From Chlorokybus atmophyticus (lineage: Eukaryota > Plantae > Mesostigma and Chlorokybus algae), in the NCBI GenBank assembly GCA_009103225.1, contig RHPI01000772.1, positions 735,987 to 799,986 on the forward strand: a DNA stretch of 64,000 nucleotides, in the 5' to 3' direction. Below the pieces are notes generated by a model that saw nothing but the letters and a program-made list of their open reading frames with translations, ran no database searches and was not told the DNA's origin. Below, piece by piece: positions 40,100-55,237 of this stretch; position 1 is the stretch's first letter, and each line of letters opens with the position of its first letter. The translations under genes were made by a program, and so were the position numbers.

Positions 40100-42970
40100 C
40101 AAGCCAATGAAACTGTAGCTACAGTCTCCTACATGCACTTCAAGCTGCGGTTACAGGAGGTAACAGGAGCAGCTAACAACATCAGTCTGTTGTGTTGCCA
40201 GCACCTTCGCCTGGAAGCCAGACATGTGCTCTCCCTGGTTGATTCAGCCCCAATGTGAAGACACCCGCGACAGCCTTGCTCAACAGCATCTCTTCAAGCA
40301 AGTTGCAAACACTCAGCAAGTGCTTGTTGAGCTCTGCACAACAACTGTACTGTCACGTGCTTACACAAACAGTAACTTGACCATAGCATAGGAAACCACC
40401 CACCTAGGAGGATGACGAGGGCTGTCGCGTCCACTGCCTCTTGGGTTGGAATGGCTTTCTCTTCTTTGCCTCGCTCAAAAGCCCTGCATTGTATCAAATC
40501 ATCACTCTTGAAAACCAGCAAAGGACTGTCGTTAACTTGCTGCAGTGAAGTATGCATACCTGGTAGTTTGCGATTGGATCCCCACTCGCACCCTCTTTCC
40601 ACATCTTTGTTGGACACCAACCACTTTTTCCTGGCAGCAAAGCCGAATGGCTCTCAAGATCAGCTCGTCTGGCACACGCTCCATTCGGTCGGGGTCCTTG
40701 AATGCCAGCTGGTGACCATTGTGGAACAGCGTGTGCTCGATGTGGTGGTAGTACTCATACATGTCCATTGCCTCCTCTCTGGTGGGGGCGTTGGGCTTGG
40801 TGTTGCACACAATCCCCGCTGCAGTTCGCAAGTCCATGGCGGCGGCTTCTTCATCTTCACAGTCAGAGATCGCCCCAGCAACCTGCATAGGACCCAGAGT
40901 GGTCGGTGCAGTCCATTGGCGACTGTCAATATCATTGACAGTCTGCAATGCGTTGATGACTGTCAAGAACTGCAACATGTAATGCAATTTGCGACTGTCA
41001 AGGCGTGATCAATGGCTGCATTGGCGACTGTTCATCATGTAACAGCAGCCTAACAACAGCCCTTATTAACCTCTGTCTCTGTGCTATGCTTGGCTGCGGG
41101 CGTAGGCAGCCGGTTCTTGATGCAACCCGGCACCGCAATGCGCTCATCGTTAGCGCATGCCTCACATGGGCAGATGCCTCCGCTGGCCAAGAACATCATG
41201 GGCCACTCCATCTCCCTGCCCTGCATGTTGTTGTGTTTCACAAGAAACGCTCATGCACTACACCATACAGTCACAGCAGGAGCATGTGCATATCCCCAGC
41301 AAGCAATGTACCTCCAGAGTACGCCCACCATGGCAGCTGCTTGTCGGCGTGCCATGAGAAAATGCCTTTCTTTCACATGTAGTTGAACGGCAAGGTTGCC
41401 ATCCTCACTTCTCATTGCCATCCAGTGGTTAACAGAGACTAGATACGTGCGCATTGGTTGATCTGGCTCGCTTATGGAATCGATGGTGGCGACGCCAACA
41501 ACTATTGCGTTGTTGCAAATATCGAACACCTGATCTTCAGCATATCCGTCCGCACCCCTGTCGTGACACGCAGAGTAGCATTCAGTAGCACGCACCATGT
41601 GTTAAGCCAGTATGCATGGAGGCAGCAGCTCAGCAAAACAGTACAACAGGACCGACGGTCGACCGACAGCACCATGGTTGCTTATCTCTCTTTTAGCCAA
41701 GTGGCCTGGTACTGAGCGTTTGTGAGAAGAAGAGCGGTTAAAGGCGCAAGCATGACCACCTGCTAGTTGGCCCTCATGTCCCTCCCCAGACAAAATGTCA
41801 TGCCCCAACCAGCTCCAGCTTGAGCAGCGCGGCTGCCTTGTGCAGCTTCCCTGTCGCTGGCACGCCTTTGCTTCTTGGCCTCATTGCGTTCTTGGACGCT
41901 CTTCCCGATACCATTGCCGCGCTTCGCGCCAACGGAGTACTGCAGCACCAGTACATGCAGCTTGATTTGTGCTGCAACACAAGCAGATAAGAGTACAGCA
42001 AAGTACCAACGGCAAGGACTGTCAACGGCAAGACAGCTCAAATACAGCATTTTCAGCTGTTGGAAGATTCCATCTGACAGAAGACAGCCTTAAAGACAGC
42101 GTATCGCAACTGGTCAATGAATCTACAAGCACAAACACAGCAACCAGGGCAAGGACTGTCAACGGCAAGACAGCTAAGCAGACAGTGAGTGAACTGAAAG
42201 CTGAACGACATGCTTGAAAGCTACTTTAACACAGCTGAATTCAAGTTCCTGTCAAACAGCAGATGTCACCAAGAAAGTAGCTCACCTTTTGTCCACGTGA
42301 GCATGTGGTTTGCGTAAAAGACCGTGGAAGTGACTGCTGCAAGACCGCCTCGCATACTTGTTGAGAGTCATTCCTACATACGATCAGCATCGACCCTCCA
42401 CTCAGGAGTAGAAGGTCGTAAGGATGAGCACTAGGTTCGGACTTAGCAAGATGGCGTCGTCGGACCAGACTCCGGACTCCAGACAGGAGCCTTACTAACT
42501 GCTTCCTATCTCCGCGTATACTTACTCATATTAGGCGTGTGAGAGCTTGTTGGAAAGCTCTGGTTGTAAAAAAGACAACACAGCTTAGAGCGCATTAAAA
42601 GGCTGAGTATAGCTTACGCAGTGCTTGCAAACGTAGACGTGTGTGTAACTGGCTGGTATAAGAACCAGCGGACAACTTGTAATAGATGAATGTGATGTGA
42701 CTTGTGTATGCTCTGGTGGCGGTAGCTCTGTCTCTGTGTGTCTATGCTTGCCTCAACTACATGTGCATGCTAGTCATTCAACAATACTTCGTCGAGCTCC
42801 TGCCGGTGCTCGGCATTCATCTTGAAGTCCTTGCCCTTCATACCTTGAGGTAGTGGCCACTTACTTAACATCTCCTTCTTCAGCTTCTCCAGGTTGACCA
42901 TTAGCGTTGTGCGCATATGCTTGTACTCCTCCTTCATCAAGAACTGCTGGCCTGTCACCTGGCCCAGCAA
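40100..42970 (-). pseudogene. Multi-exon gene of unknown function interrupted by a solo LTR
   Basis: Protein-like minus-strand fragments 42770-42970, 41798-42050, 41251-41598, 40532-40987 and 40294-40520. The exon reading ...RQELDEV continues across the LTR. Confidence 0.45.
42359..42783 (+). mobile_element. Copia solo LTR, TSD ATACT
   Basis: TGTTGAGAG...TTCAACA is the reverse complement of the LTRs at 45203/49705; ATACT at 42354-42358 and 42784-42788. Confidence 0.95.
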
Positions 42971-43704
42971 ATGGTTGCCCTTGGCCCTGAAGCAATCAGC
43001 TGCAGCAGGCGCGTGGCTGCCCTCCCCGTAGCCATAATGTCAGCTGAACAGCCTGAACAAGCAACCAAACTTAGTGCACAGACAGTGACTCAGCGCGCAA
43101 TCAACAAGGCATGCAAGCTTCAAAGCAAAACAAACACCTTTCACGTAAGCGCTGACAGCTCAAGCAGCAAACAACAAACGACTAGTGCAATTTTTCAAAG
43201 CTACACACAACCAGGGCGCATACAAACTCGCAAGCGAACTCACTACTCACTAGAACTGTCAAGTCACACTGTGTTCCATATGGACAGTCGCACGAGCCGC
43301 ACAAGCATTGTGACCGCCGCACAAGCCGCAATTGTGCAGTGCCAAATGCAGTGCGACACAGTCAATGGAACTCACAACGCTAGCGACGCGGCTGTCAATC
43401 CCTAGACTCACCTTATATATTTGGGGGTTGTCGTGTATTGGACGTCAACTCGACGCCAAACGCACTGCTAGCAACAAATTGCGTAGAATTTACAAGGCGG
43501 CTGTCAAGGGTTAGCAGTGTTAGGGCTAGGGACTCACCAACTTGGCGGCTGTCATTGATAGGACATCCTAGATTGGACGGGAGGTTGGCGGCGTATACAG
43601 CCGTTGCATGGTCTCGCTAGTATAGTTTGCTGTTGTTGTGGTTGTGGTGGTTGTGGTTGTGGTTGCGGGTGTAGCTCAGGGCGCAGGGTGAAGCGAGGAG
43701 AGGT

Positions 43705-46700
43705 GTGCGGAGCTGTGAGGAGTTGTACAAGACAGTCGTTAGGAGAAGGATTGCCAGGCAGTTGGACATCATGGAACGAAGGCGGGCGTCCACAGGGGCG
43801 CCGTTTATTTGGGGCTGCCCATTCTGCATGTGCAATGTGCAAGCTGGTCACCGTGATGCAAGGGGTCAACCAACTTGGGGAGAGACCAAGCCCACCAAAA
43901 TCGGACAGCACTTCAACACGCAGGTGTGCCGATGCGTGCGCATGATCAACAACCGGGGCGGTAGGGAGGACCAGGATGTGTGCAAGGCTATGGGGCTTCA
44001 ATACCAGCAAGCCATCAAGGTAAGAACGTTCAACAATCAAGATTGTTTACGACATGCATGGGCTGTCAATGCTCTGTGCTATGGCGCATCGCGCATCGCA
44101 TTGACAGGCGCTGCTGGGATCCTGTGCATGTCACTTGCTATGCATGATGTTGTTTTGTTCTATCACCTAGTTATCAACTTACATTTGCGTGACATGTCCC
44201 ATTGCACGAGAAACTCACCAGCAGCGTATTGCAGAAGGACAATTCCCGGCCCACCCTCACCCACATGTCGCGGTGCTGAAGTACTACAAAATGGCAGAAG
44301 TCATGGCCATCTCAGGATGGGTGAGTTGATGCATTTGTACACCAATTATCGCGGCATTCTTACTTACCCAAAGCTACAGACGCAACAACTGTGGGACGAA
44401 GCGGGACGGCTGTCGAGGCAGTATATCTTTTGGCCTCGCGATACGCAGTTGGAGGTGGAAGAGGAGCAAGCGGAGCAGGCGCAGCAGCAAGCGCAGCAGC
44501 AGCAGCAGCAGCAACAGCAACAGGAGCCGCAAGGAAGCGAGGAGGCAGACTCGGAGGAGACTGCAGATGTCTCAACAAGTCCATCATTGCGTAAATCCTC
44601 CGCACAGCAACGCGGCAAAGGAACTGCGGTGGATCCCAAAGAAGAGTTCCGTGCAGCTTTTTAAGAGATGCAGAGGTTTGAAGTGAAACGCTACAGTTCC
44701 ACGGGCACCACACAGCCACCCAACCTGTCGGACGACATCTTGAGGGTAAGCATATGTCTTGAATANCCCGCTTAGAGAACTGTCAAGCAAGACCGTCATC
44801 TGTCATGTGTGTTGAGGACTGTCAAGCAAGACTGTCATTTGTGTGGCTCTCAAAGCATTGCAACTGACCACTACACCAAACAGATTGACAATGAGATTCC
44901 CAACCTGAAGATCATCGATCGTGGAGATGGAGACAAGCACCAGCTGTGGCGGCTGAACTATTTGAAGGATGTGAAAGCATCCACAAGCATTCCGGTCAAG
45001 GAGGAGTTCAAGTATCACCTGCACAACTGGGAGATCAAGGACTCCACAATCATTGGTGTTGGAATGGGACTATTTGCCCGCCAGGACATAGCGAACGGTG
45101 CGTGCACGTGTATACGCGATGTGTTTGTGTATACACATGTGCTTATAACTGATGACCTGTGTGCAACTTTGCAGAGGAGTACCTGATGCCATACGACGGC
45201 AATGTTGAAGGACTAGCATGCACATGTAGCTGAGGCAAGCATAGACACACAGAGACAGAGCTACCGCCACTAGAGCATACACAAGTCACATCACATTCAT
45301 CTATTACAAGTTGTCCGCTGGTTCTTATACCAGCCAGTTACACACACGTCTACGTTTGCAAGCGCTGCGTAAGCTATACTCAGCCTTTTGACGCGCTCTA
45401 AGCTGCGTTGTCTTTCTTACAATTAAAGCTTTCCAACAAGCTCTTACACGCCTAATATGAGTAAGTATACGCGGAGATACGAAGCAGTTAGTAAGGCTCA
45501 AGTCAGGAGTCCGGAGTCTGGTCCGACGACGCCATCTTGCTAAGTCCGAACCTAGTGCTCATCCTTACGACCTTCTACTCCTGTGTGGAGGGTCGATGCT
45601 GATTGTATGTAGGAATGACTTTCAACACTCCCACGCGAGCAGCTTGACCTCCAACGCTTGCTCCTGTAGTCAAACACAGATGCCAAGTCCTGCGCAACAA
45701 GTCTTGAACTTGAGCGGTGACAATGGCTTTGTCATGAAGTCCGCCAGCATGCCCTCAGTGTTGCAGTACTGGAACTCCACCTCCTTCCTTGTGACTCTGT
45801 CACGCACAAAGTGATGCATGACATCAATGTGCTTCGTCCTTGCCGAGGCGATAGGGTGCTTCAACAACTTGATGGCTCCTTGGTTGTCACAGTTGATGAC
45901 GATGCACGCCATGGGGTGCTCCAAGTCTGCCATGAGCTTGCGAAGCCAGAGTGCCTCCTTCACTGCTGCTGCCGCTGCCATGTACTCAGCCTCTGATGTA
46001 GATGCTGCTGTTGTTGGCTGCAGCCTGCTGTTCTAGCTCACCACGCCTCCGTTTAGCTTGAAGACGTAGCCTGTAGTGGACCTCCTGCTGTTGAGGTCAC
46101 CAGCAAAGTCCGAGTCGCAGTAGCCTTCCAACTCAGTGCTCCCGCTCCCAAACTTGATGCCAACTGTTGCGCTCCCAGCAACATAGCGTAGTAATCCCTT
46201 TGCTGCTCTCCAGTGCTCCATGCTCGGTGCAGACATGTAGCGAGCAAGTACTCCCACAGCATGTGCAACATCGGGACGTATGCACACTGCCAGATAGAGC
46301 ATGCTGCCTACCAGCTCACCATATGGATACTGAGCCTTGTCGAGTACCTCCTCATCCTTTGCCTTGATGAGGGCAGTGCCAAGTGCCAACGGTGTGGTCT
46401 TGGTCTTCGCTTCTGTGAGCCCAAACTTGGTGACGAGTCTTCTCACCATCTGCTCATGACTGATCTTGATTGTACGTGCAGCCCTGTCGCGCTCAATCAC
46501 CATGCCAAGGAACCACTTGGCCTCTCCAAGATCACGAATTGAGAATGCTTGCTGCAGAGCAAGTTTCGTCTCATGCAGGTGGTGCACCTGCCTGGCGGTG
46601 ATGATGATATCATCAACATACACGAGCAGCCAGACCTTGTTGTCTGCATGGATGAAGAGCCCAGGGTCTGCAGAGGATGCGGTGAAGCCAAGTGCCTCCA

Positions 46701-49700
46701 GCTCCTTGGTGAGCTTGATGTGCCACATACGTGGTGCCTGTCGCAGCACGTACAGTGCCTTGATCAGCTTGCACGCTGTGCCTCTCTCCCTTTCTTCATA
46801 TCCAGGTGGTTGTTCGATGAAGATCTCCTCCTCCAGCTCTCCGTAGAGGAAGGCAGTCTTCACATCCAGGTGATGCAGCTCTAGGTCTTCAGCAGCAACC
46901 ATAGCTAGCAGTGCACGGAAGGTGGTATGCTTACTTGCAGGTGCAAACACTTTGTTGAAGTCCACACCTTCCTGCTGCAAGAAGCCCTTTGTCACCAGTC
47001 TTGCCTTGTAGCGCTCAATGTTGCCCTGACCATCACGCTTCACCTTGAAGACCCATTTCATTGGAATGGTCTTCACTCCTTGCGGTAACTGCTCCAGTGA
47101 CCAAGTGTTGTTGGCATAGAGTGATGCAATCTCCTCGTCCATAGCACGCTGCCATTGCTCCGCATCTGGTGCTAACAATGCCTCCTCGTAGGTGCTTGGC
47201 TTCTCATTCTGCAGACTGGCGACGTGTGCCTTGTGTAAGAAGTCAGATGCCTTTCTCTCCCTCACTGGGTATCTCCGAGCTGCGTGCTCCTGCTGTTGGT
47301 ACGGCTCCTCTTGGCCTGCTACAGCTGAGTCCTGCTCACCCTTGTTGTTGATGATGGCCTTGCCTGTAGCCTCCACTGTTTCAGGATGCTCCGGCTGTGC
47401 TTCATCTTCAGGAAAGAAGCTTGCTTCTGGTTGTGATAATCCCTCGTGGAAAACCACCTCTGCTCACGATGATCTTCTGAGTGTCCTCAAGCAAGATCCT
47501 GTAAGCCTTAGAACCCGGTTCATAGCCGACGAAGATGCCCTTCTTGCTGACCGGTTCCAACTTGTGCCTGAGCTGTTTAGGCACTAATCCATATGACGTG
47601 CATCCAAACACACGCATACTACTCACATCTGGTGTGGCTCCATAGAAGTGCTCCCACGGAGTCTTCTGCTCTGAGCTCACCAGAGACCTGTTGCGGATGT
47701 AGTTGGCAGTGAGTACCGCCTCCTTCCACATACTGTCTTCTATCTTGGTGTCATTGAGCATTGCTCGAACCCGTTCTAGGAGTGTCCTGTTGAGGCGTTC
47801 AGCTGCTCCATTCTGCTGCGGTGTGTAGGGTGCAGTGGTCTCGTGGCGTATGCCCTTGCTGGCGAAGAACTCCTTCAACTCCTTGTTGATGTACTCCCCT
47901 CCTCGATCACTCCTCATTGCCTTCATCTTGTTGCCAGACTTGGTCTCCAACAAGGCCACAACTGTGCGAAAAGTCCAGCAACTTCTGACTTCAGTGTCAA
48001 CGGAAAGATGACGGATAGCTTGCTGCAGTCGTCGAGGAATGTAGCAAAGTACCTGACCCCTCCCTTCGCCACAATGCGCATAGGGCCACAGACATCCATG
48101 TGCACAAGCTCGCAAGGATGCTGACTGCTGGAAGAGGATGATAGGAATGGCATAGCATGCTGCTTTGCAACCAGGCATGGTTCACAAAGTGCACCTGATG
48201 CATTCTTGAGTTCTTCTGTGCTGAGATGGATGCCCTTGACCATCTTCTCAGCGACAAGGCGAGTGAGGTTGACGTAGCTGAGATGCCCGAACCTTCGATG
48301 CCACAATGTTGGCGACTCCTTGTCCTTCACCACCATGGCTTGAATGTCAATGTCCTTTGGTTACTGCTTCACGTGTTAGAGCCCTCCCGGATCAGTGATT
48401 TCAACCATGTGCACGACCCCATCAAGGATGACTGTGCAGCCACCCTTCCGAAATAGGATCTCCGCGCCTAAGCGTTCCGCAACCCTCACAGAGAATAGAC
48501 TCGCAATAGCCTTAGGAACATGCAGGACGTTGCGTAACAACACCTCGCATAGTGTGTTACAAACCTTGCACTGGAGTCGTACGTTGCCAACTCCCTCAGC
48601 CACCAGTACTTCACCACCGAAGCCCGCCACCTTGATTTGGACGTCAGCTTTTTGTAGCCCTCCATCACCTCCAAGGTGATCAAGAAGTCCTTGTTTGGTG
48701 TGAGATGACGATCGCAGCCAGAGTCCACCACCCAGAAAGCTGTGCTCGCCCTCGAACTGGATGCAGTGAAGGCGACATGTTTCTCCTTGTGTTGGTGCTC
48801 GTTGCCGCTGTTGCTGGTGCTTGCTCTAGGTTGCCCCTGTTGTTTCTTCCTACAGTCCTTCACAATGTGCCCCTTCCAACCACACCAGTGGCATGTGAGG
48901 TCTTTGTGACGAGGATTGCCTGGCTTGTTGCCCTTGTACTTCTCTTCATGGTTGCTCTTCTTTGCGTGCTTGCCGGTGTAGAAGGCGACGGCATCCGCTT
49001 GCTCGTTCTTTTTCACAACCCTCTGCTCCACGGTGAGCAGCTTCGGTAGCAAATCGTCCAACGTCAACTCCGATGATGACGTCTCCAGCAGGGTTGCGAC
49101 GACCTCGTACTCTGCTGGTAGCCCTGCAACAATGGCCAGCACTACCTCCGTCTCCCCCAGGTTGTGGCCGACGTTGATGAGGTCCGCCCACAGCTCTCTC
49201 TCGCGCGCAACATACTTTGTGATGGGTTCTGCTGCCTCCTTCCTGAGTGCGCTGAGCTGCTTGCGTAAATGCAACTTTCTGGCATTGTTCTTGGCTCTGA
49301 AAACGGCTGATAGCTTTTCCCAAGCTTGTCTACCATCTTCACATGCAGTGAGCATGGGAAAGTGATGCGGTTTGCTGTTCAACACAAGCAAAGAGTGTGC
49401 TTCTGCTGAATGCTCTGACCACACAGTGTTCGCTCCTGGTGTTGGTGGTGGTGCCTTCGGATCAACGTACTTCCACACCTTCTTGTGGATGAGCAAGGCC
49501 TTCATCTCCACGCACCATGTGTTGTAGTTGTCGGTGTCCAGCTTTGCAATCTGCCCCTTGTCGTAGGTCGCCTCCATTTCTGTCGTGCCTGCCTTTCTTG
49601 CAGTTGACACCCAAGGCTCTGCTACCAACAAGCTACCGTAGTGTAGAACTACTATGCACACAAGCTAGTCTCACACTTCTCAAGCGTAGTGTGGGCCCAT

Positions 49701-50751
49701 CACCTGTTGAAGGACTAGCATGCACATGTAGCTGAGGCAAGCATAGACACACCGAGACAGAGCTACCGCCACCAGAGCATACACAAGTCACATCACATTC
49801 ATTTATACAAGTTGTCCGCTGGTTCTTATTCCAGCCAGTTACACACACGTCTACGTTTGCAAGCACTGCGTAAGCTATACTCAGTCTTTTGACGCGCTCT
49901 AAGCTGCGTTGTCTTTCTTACAACCAGAGCTTTTCAACAAGCTCTTACACGTCTAATATGAGTAAGTATACGCGGAGATACGAAGCAGTAAGTAAGGCTC
50001 CTGTCTGGAGTCCGGAGTCTGGTCCGACGACGCCATCTTGCAAGTCCGAACCTAGTGCTCATCCTTACGACCTTCTACTCCTGTGTGGAGGGTCGATGCT
50101 GATCGTATGTAGGAATGACTCTCAACAGGCAAATGGTTCACATACCAAGAGCAGCGGGATGTCTTCCGCAGTTGCCAGCTAACAACCGGCTTTCAACACC
50201 ACAGACGATATTACGTCAACCTGTTCCCGCCAAAAAACCCCAACAAGTATCAGGTTGTTATCGATGGCCACCCCCGCACTGGCAATGTGGCAGCTTGCAT
50301 CAATTCCGTACACGGGCAACAACGTGAGCCCAACGCCATGCTCTGGTCGGACTTCGATGACGCTGGCAAGCCAGCTGTCACTGTGTATGCGATCAAGGAC
50401 ATACAGGCAGGAGAGGAGCTACTACTGGACTATAACCCTTTCCGTGGGTCACCTGATGGGCAGACAGACAAAGTAAGTGGTTGCATTGTTGCATGCATGT
50501 TTGCTTGTTGGGTAGCTGTCAATGCAGACTGTCAATCTGTTACAGGACACTAACTGGCCTTTTGGTTGCAGACCCAACTGTGGAGAATGGAAGATGTTGC
50601 GCAGAAGTTTGTATATGGCTGGGGGCTGGCCATGGAGGACGCTATGTGGCTGGTAACGAGCAAGGCGCCAAGGGAGCCGGGTGAGAGTGCCAGGGCGTAT
50701 TCCAGGCGGTTGCTCACCCGTGCTGTCAAGCTGAGCGCACCAGATCAATAG
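43705..50751 (+). pseudogene. SET-domain protein gene (Cys-rich N-terminus, Q/E-rich linker) disrupted by Copia
   Basis: GMGLFARQDIA (exon ends 45097, intron to 45174), then EEYLMPYDGK[Copia]WFTY...IDGHPRTGNVAACINS...EPNA...VYAIKDIQAGEELLLDY. Removing the Copia and one GGCAA restores an open frame. Last exon ~50571-50751. Linking the 43705 exon is inference. Confidence 0.85.
45203..50127 (-). mobile_element. Ty1/copia retrotransposon copy 1, TSD GGCAA
   Basis: LTRs 45203-45627 and 49705-50127 (TG...CA); GGCAA on both flanks; PBS next to 49705; gag-PR-INT-RT-RH 49577-45670 with frameshifts and stops. Confidence 0.97.
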
Positions 50752-51130
50752 TAAGTTATGTATTCTTGTAGAGGCAGTGCATGTACATTGACAGTCCCTT
50801 TTTATAGTCTGTTGTTGGCATGTTGCTCACCCGTGCAGTTCGTGAACTGCACCGCGGATTGCATGCCAACAACCAATAGAGTATGCACGTCTGTCAACAG
50901 ATAGACCCTGAAGCTCATGTCCAGCGCCAAATATTTGTTCACTTCTATAAAGCTGTGCATGACGCTGCCTATGAAATGAGAGAGGCAGCAAACAGACAAG
51001 CAGACGACCTCAAACAAGTCATTTGAGACTTAAAGCTACGGATGACACAAGAGAATGTGCTCAGGGTACGTTGCCATGTAGGCCACCAAACATTCCACAC
51101 ATAGCCCTAACTTGTTACCTTTGTTTGCAG

Positions 51131-53991
51131 GAGAAATGGTCGCCATCTACACCAAGACAGTTGAGGCGCACCAAGCTCAGACACTTGGCTTGGCTGCCAG
51201 AGAGAAAGCTCTTACCCGGCAGGCTGTATCGCTTGAAGTGCAGCAGGAGGAAAGGGAAAAGCATTGGGAGAAGAAGATAACAGCTATTTTTCAAAAAGGC
51301 TGGAAGAAGCTCTTCTCCGAGGAGATGCAAGACGCGCTGCGTGTCTTCGTCAACGAGCAGATCGAGCACGAGGAGAAGAAGGAGGAGCAGGATAAGGAGG
51401 CTGATGCAGCACGTGCATTGGAAGCCAAGCCTGAGGAAGCCTTCCACTGCGGCTCAGGCGGCGCCTGCTAGGCCTGAACCTGTGAACCCCATGAGTGATA
51501 TAGAGATTGATTCGCATCCCCTGTGGACTTGGCTCGAGCGCGCCAACATGCGTCCACCCACCACTGGTCCAAGGCCCCTGCGGTCTGATAGGCCAAAGGA
51601 CAGTCCCCCTCACAGTCCCACTCACAACCCCCATGGCCCACCGTCCCCTCCCCCTTAGAATCCCCATGGCCCACCAGCACCTCCCGCTGGTACTAGTACG
51701 CCAGCTGGCACCAGTACGCAAGCCCCAGACCCTCCACGTGTTGATAGTCCCAAGCTACCTGCCAGGAGAACAGAAGGTCCCCCTTCTCTTACTCCACCAC
51801 CGTCCAAAAAGCAGCGCCAGGACCTGCCAGTAGCCACACAAGGAACTCCACAATCAACCACGCCATCAACTGATCAGTCCACCCCTATTGGAACCTTGCA
51901 GCTATCAACCTTGCAGCTATCAGGCTCTTCGTTCAGAGAACGTCTGCGAAAAATTGTCGCAGGTCCGACACCACCAGCGAATACGCCAACACCAAGTATG
52001 CCACAGGGCCGGCCGCCTCTACCTCTGCAAAATGTCATCCGGAACCTGACTCTCAGCGCTGAGCCCGAGGCGCTTGTGAAGATACGAGAAGCCGATAGCG
52101 TGCGCGCCGCCGACCTCGACGCTGCATTGCAAGACGTGCAAAACCTGGCATCTGCAGCAAAGGTACAGTCTATACACACATGGGCTGTCAACAAGGCTTG
52201 CAGCATACAGTTTGCGCCCGCATGGGCACAAATTGTTGACAGTCCTCAATGGTCGTTGACGACTGTCACAGAGTTTGATGTATGTTGGCAATGCTTTGCT
52301 GGCTAGTGTGTGGACTCACTTCTTGTTTTGCTGCTGCAGGATGCCAACGAGCGGGCACGGATCAGTCGCACGGTCTTGCAGGAGTCAATGCGCAACTTCA
52401 ATGAGATGCGCAAGAAGCAACTTGAACGTGCTCTCAACAATCTGGAGGAGTCACACCGGCAGCGTAGGCTGCTGGCTGACAACTTCACCCGTGAAGACAA
52501 GCTGCTGCGGCAGCAGCTGCAGGAGCTGCAGCAAAGGGAGTTGGCAGCAAAATCCCATGCTGAGGAGCTGCAGCAAAGGGAGTTGGCGGCGGTATCCAAT
52601 GCTGAGGAGCTGCGGCGGCAAAGGGAGTTGGCAGCAAAATCCAATGCTGAGGAGGTTGACAGTTTGCGCCGGCAGTTGCCTCAGGCACAGCAAGAGGTTG
52701 CAGCATCAAACGCATCGATGACTACCATGGCGGCAGACGCAGAGAACTGTGGGCGCTCCACCGATGCGGTGCTTCACGAGTACCATCAGCGCAACGCCAG
52801 TTTGTTGAAACGGGTGCAGCAGCTGGAGTCCACCTCAAGTGCGGCGGCCAATGTTGGTGAAGAGCTGCACCGTACAAGGGAACAGCTACTCAAGCTGCAG
52901 CAGCAAGCGGCACAACCTGTTACTGAGGCTGTCAATACTGAGACTGTCAGCGCACTGAAAGAGAGAGCTGAGCGAGCAGAGAAGCAGTTGGAAGAGGTGC
53001 GAGCCCGTAATCGAGAGCTGGAGCAACAGTTGGGGCACGTGCAGATCAACACTGAGGCTGTCAACGAAGTGAGAGTGCGAGCTGAGAATGCAAAGAAGCA
53101 GTTGGGAGAGGTGCAGCAACAGTTGGGGGAGGCGCAGAGAAACGTTGATAGGCTGGAACAGCTATCAGTGGAGCTCTACGCTGCACTCAAGGAGCGGCCT
53201 AAACAAGATGCATTGGACAGCCTGCAGAACCTGTACGACTGCGCAGATGGGAAGTACAATCAAGCGAAGACAAAGAAGGAAGCCCTCCAGGATGAGGTAG
53301 ACCATCTCAAAGAACAGCTCCCGCAGCCACCGCAACAACACCTCCAGGACCCGCAGCTACAGCTTCAGCAAGCGCGACAGCAACAAACGCAGCTGCAGAA
53401 CCAACTTCGGCAGCAACAGCAGCAGCTTGAACATCACCGTGCTCATGACATCATCAACACCATTCGGGAATGGGCGCGTGAGGTGACGAACCTCTTTGTC
53501 AACTTGCGAAGTTACGAGCGTGACAACGTGCAAGCGGGTGGTCCGACCGCCTTGGTTGCTGGCTGAACCTACGAGTTTACACAGGATGCGGGATGGCAAC
53601 GTCACTTGAGCAGCGCTCAATCCAGCTAAGGGATCTGCATCAGCGCAACAGACCAGGTGGACAGGGGCGATTCGAGGGTTGGGAGAATTCGATGGCTGGC
53701 TTCCTCAACTTCTACCGTAACGCGGATGCACACTACATTGGCATTCTGCGAGAGGCCCAAGTCATTCGTGAAGTCAACATCACTTCAATCTTTGAAGCGA
53801 TGTTCCTCACCATGCCATCATTCCTGGACTTCCTAGAGCAGCTTGACAGGCGGATGGCTGCGCGTCGTGCGCAGCCGGCCGTGTTTGAGGCGACAACCCC
53901 TACCAACTTCCAAGCTGCATTGCAGTGGTTGCATACCCCTGAAGGCATGGACGCCTTGACAAGATACCGCCAGGCTTGTTTCAGGCGGTAA
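51131..53991 (+). CDS. Long coiled-coil protein gene(s), multi-exon, with QRELAAxSxAEEL repeats
   Basis: 418-aa ORF 52310-53566 rich in Q/E/L/R heptads, three 14-aa repeats at ~52520-52660, flanking ORFs 51112-51471, 51896-52160 and 53593-53991. Function unknown. Confidence 0.55.
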
Positions 53992-55127
53992 GGCGCAGGT
54001 CGATAAGGACTGAACCCACCATGTATACCTTAGCCCGCGCTAGGCAGTTACATAGAACGATTGCCTTTGCGTACTACCAGCGGATCCTGGGGTACATCTG
54101 AACCTTCTTGGTGTATATAATCTGTGTATAGTACAAGTGTGTCAATGCCTAAGATGAACATCAGTGTTTTTATGCCTTCTTTCATTAATGACCACTCACA
54201 ACAAGCACAAATGAGCACATGAGCACAATTGACAGCCGCATGGACTGTAAGTGACACGTATTGCCTTGTTGCAAGATGTCAACCACTCACAACATGAAAC
54301 CACACATGAGCACAATTGACAGCCGCAACGACAGTTACCTTGACAGCCGCATGGACTGTTGCCAAAAATCGTTATGCGTACCTGCCTCGGGCTCTCCTGC
54401 CTTGTAGTACATGACATGTCTGTCATAAAACATGCGCACCACCGCAGTTGTTGGCTGCTCTTGCCATCTGCCTTGATCAACTTGCTGCTAGTTCAGCTTC
54501 CTCTTGACCGCAATGGGTGACACCTTCTGGTTGCGACAGAATTTATTGACCACCCACCGCGCCAGGCCTTGGCGGGCACTCGCTGGTCTAGGAGCAGGCT
54601 TCAGGTAGTCAACCTACATGTTGCCTTCATTGTCAACTTGGGGCTGTCGAACAACGACGATCCATGGCGGAGGATCATCAGATGCAGGTGCTGGTGGGTC
54701 AGTGGGCACGCGAAAGTCAAAGACCGACTTCTTCTCATCCTCATGTCTTACAAGCAGCACATCCCCGGTTTTAGGCCATACGGGGAGAGGTATATCAGCT
54801 GCTAGCAATCGCAGCTCTGGGTTGCTGAAGTCGTAAGCCAGCATGTAGGGGAGCAGCCTTGGTCTCTCCGTCAGCATCCACACTTTGCGCAGCAGCTGCT
54901 GCCCTTGAACAAGAATGTAGGGTTCCTCCAACGTGCGCACATGCAGTGCACCAGAGTCCGCGTCCATATACTGATTGCGAGCAGCATCTTTTTGTAGGCT
55001 GTACGTGTGGACGGCAATGTACACATTGCACTCTGTGTGGAAGAGCATGAAGATTTTGCTGACAATGGCAGGCCTGCTTTTATCAAGCATAACAGCATCC
55101 TTGCAGTTGCGCCTGTGTGCGAGTGCA

Positions 55128-55237
<110 letters not shown>
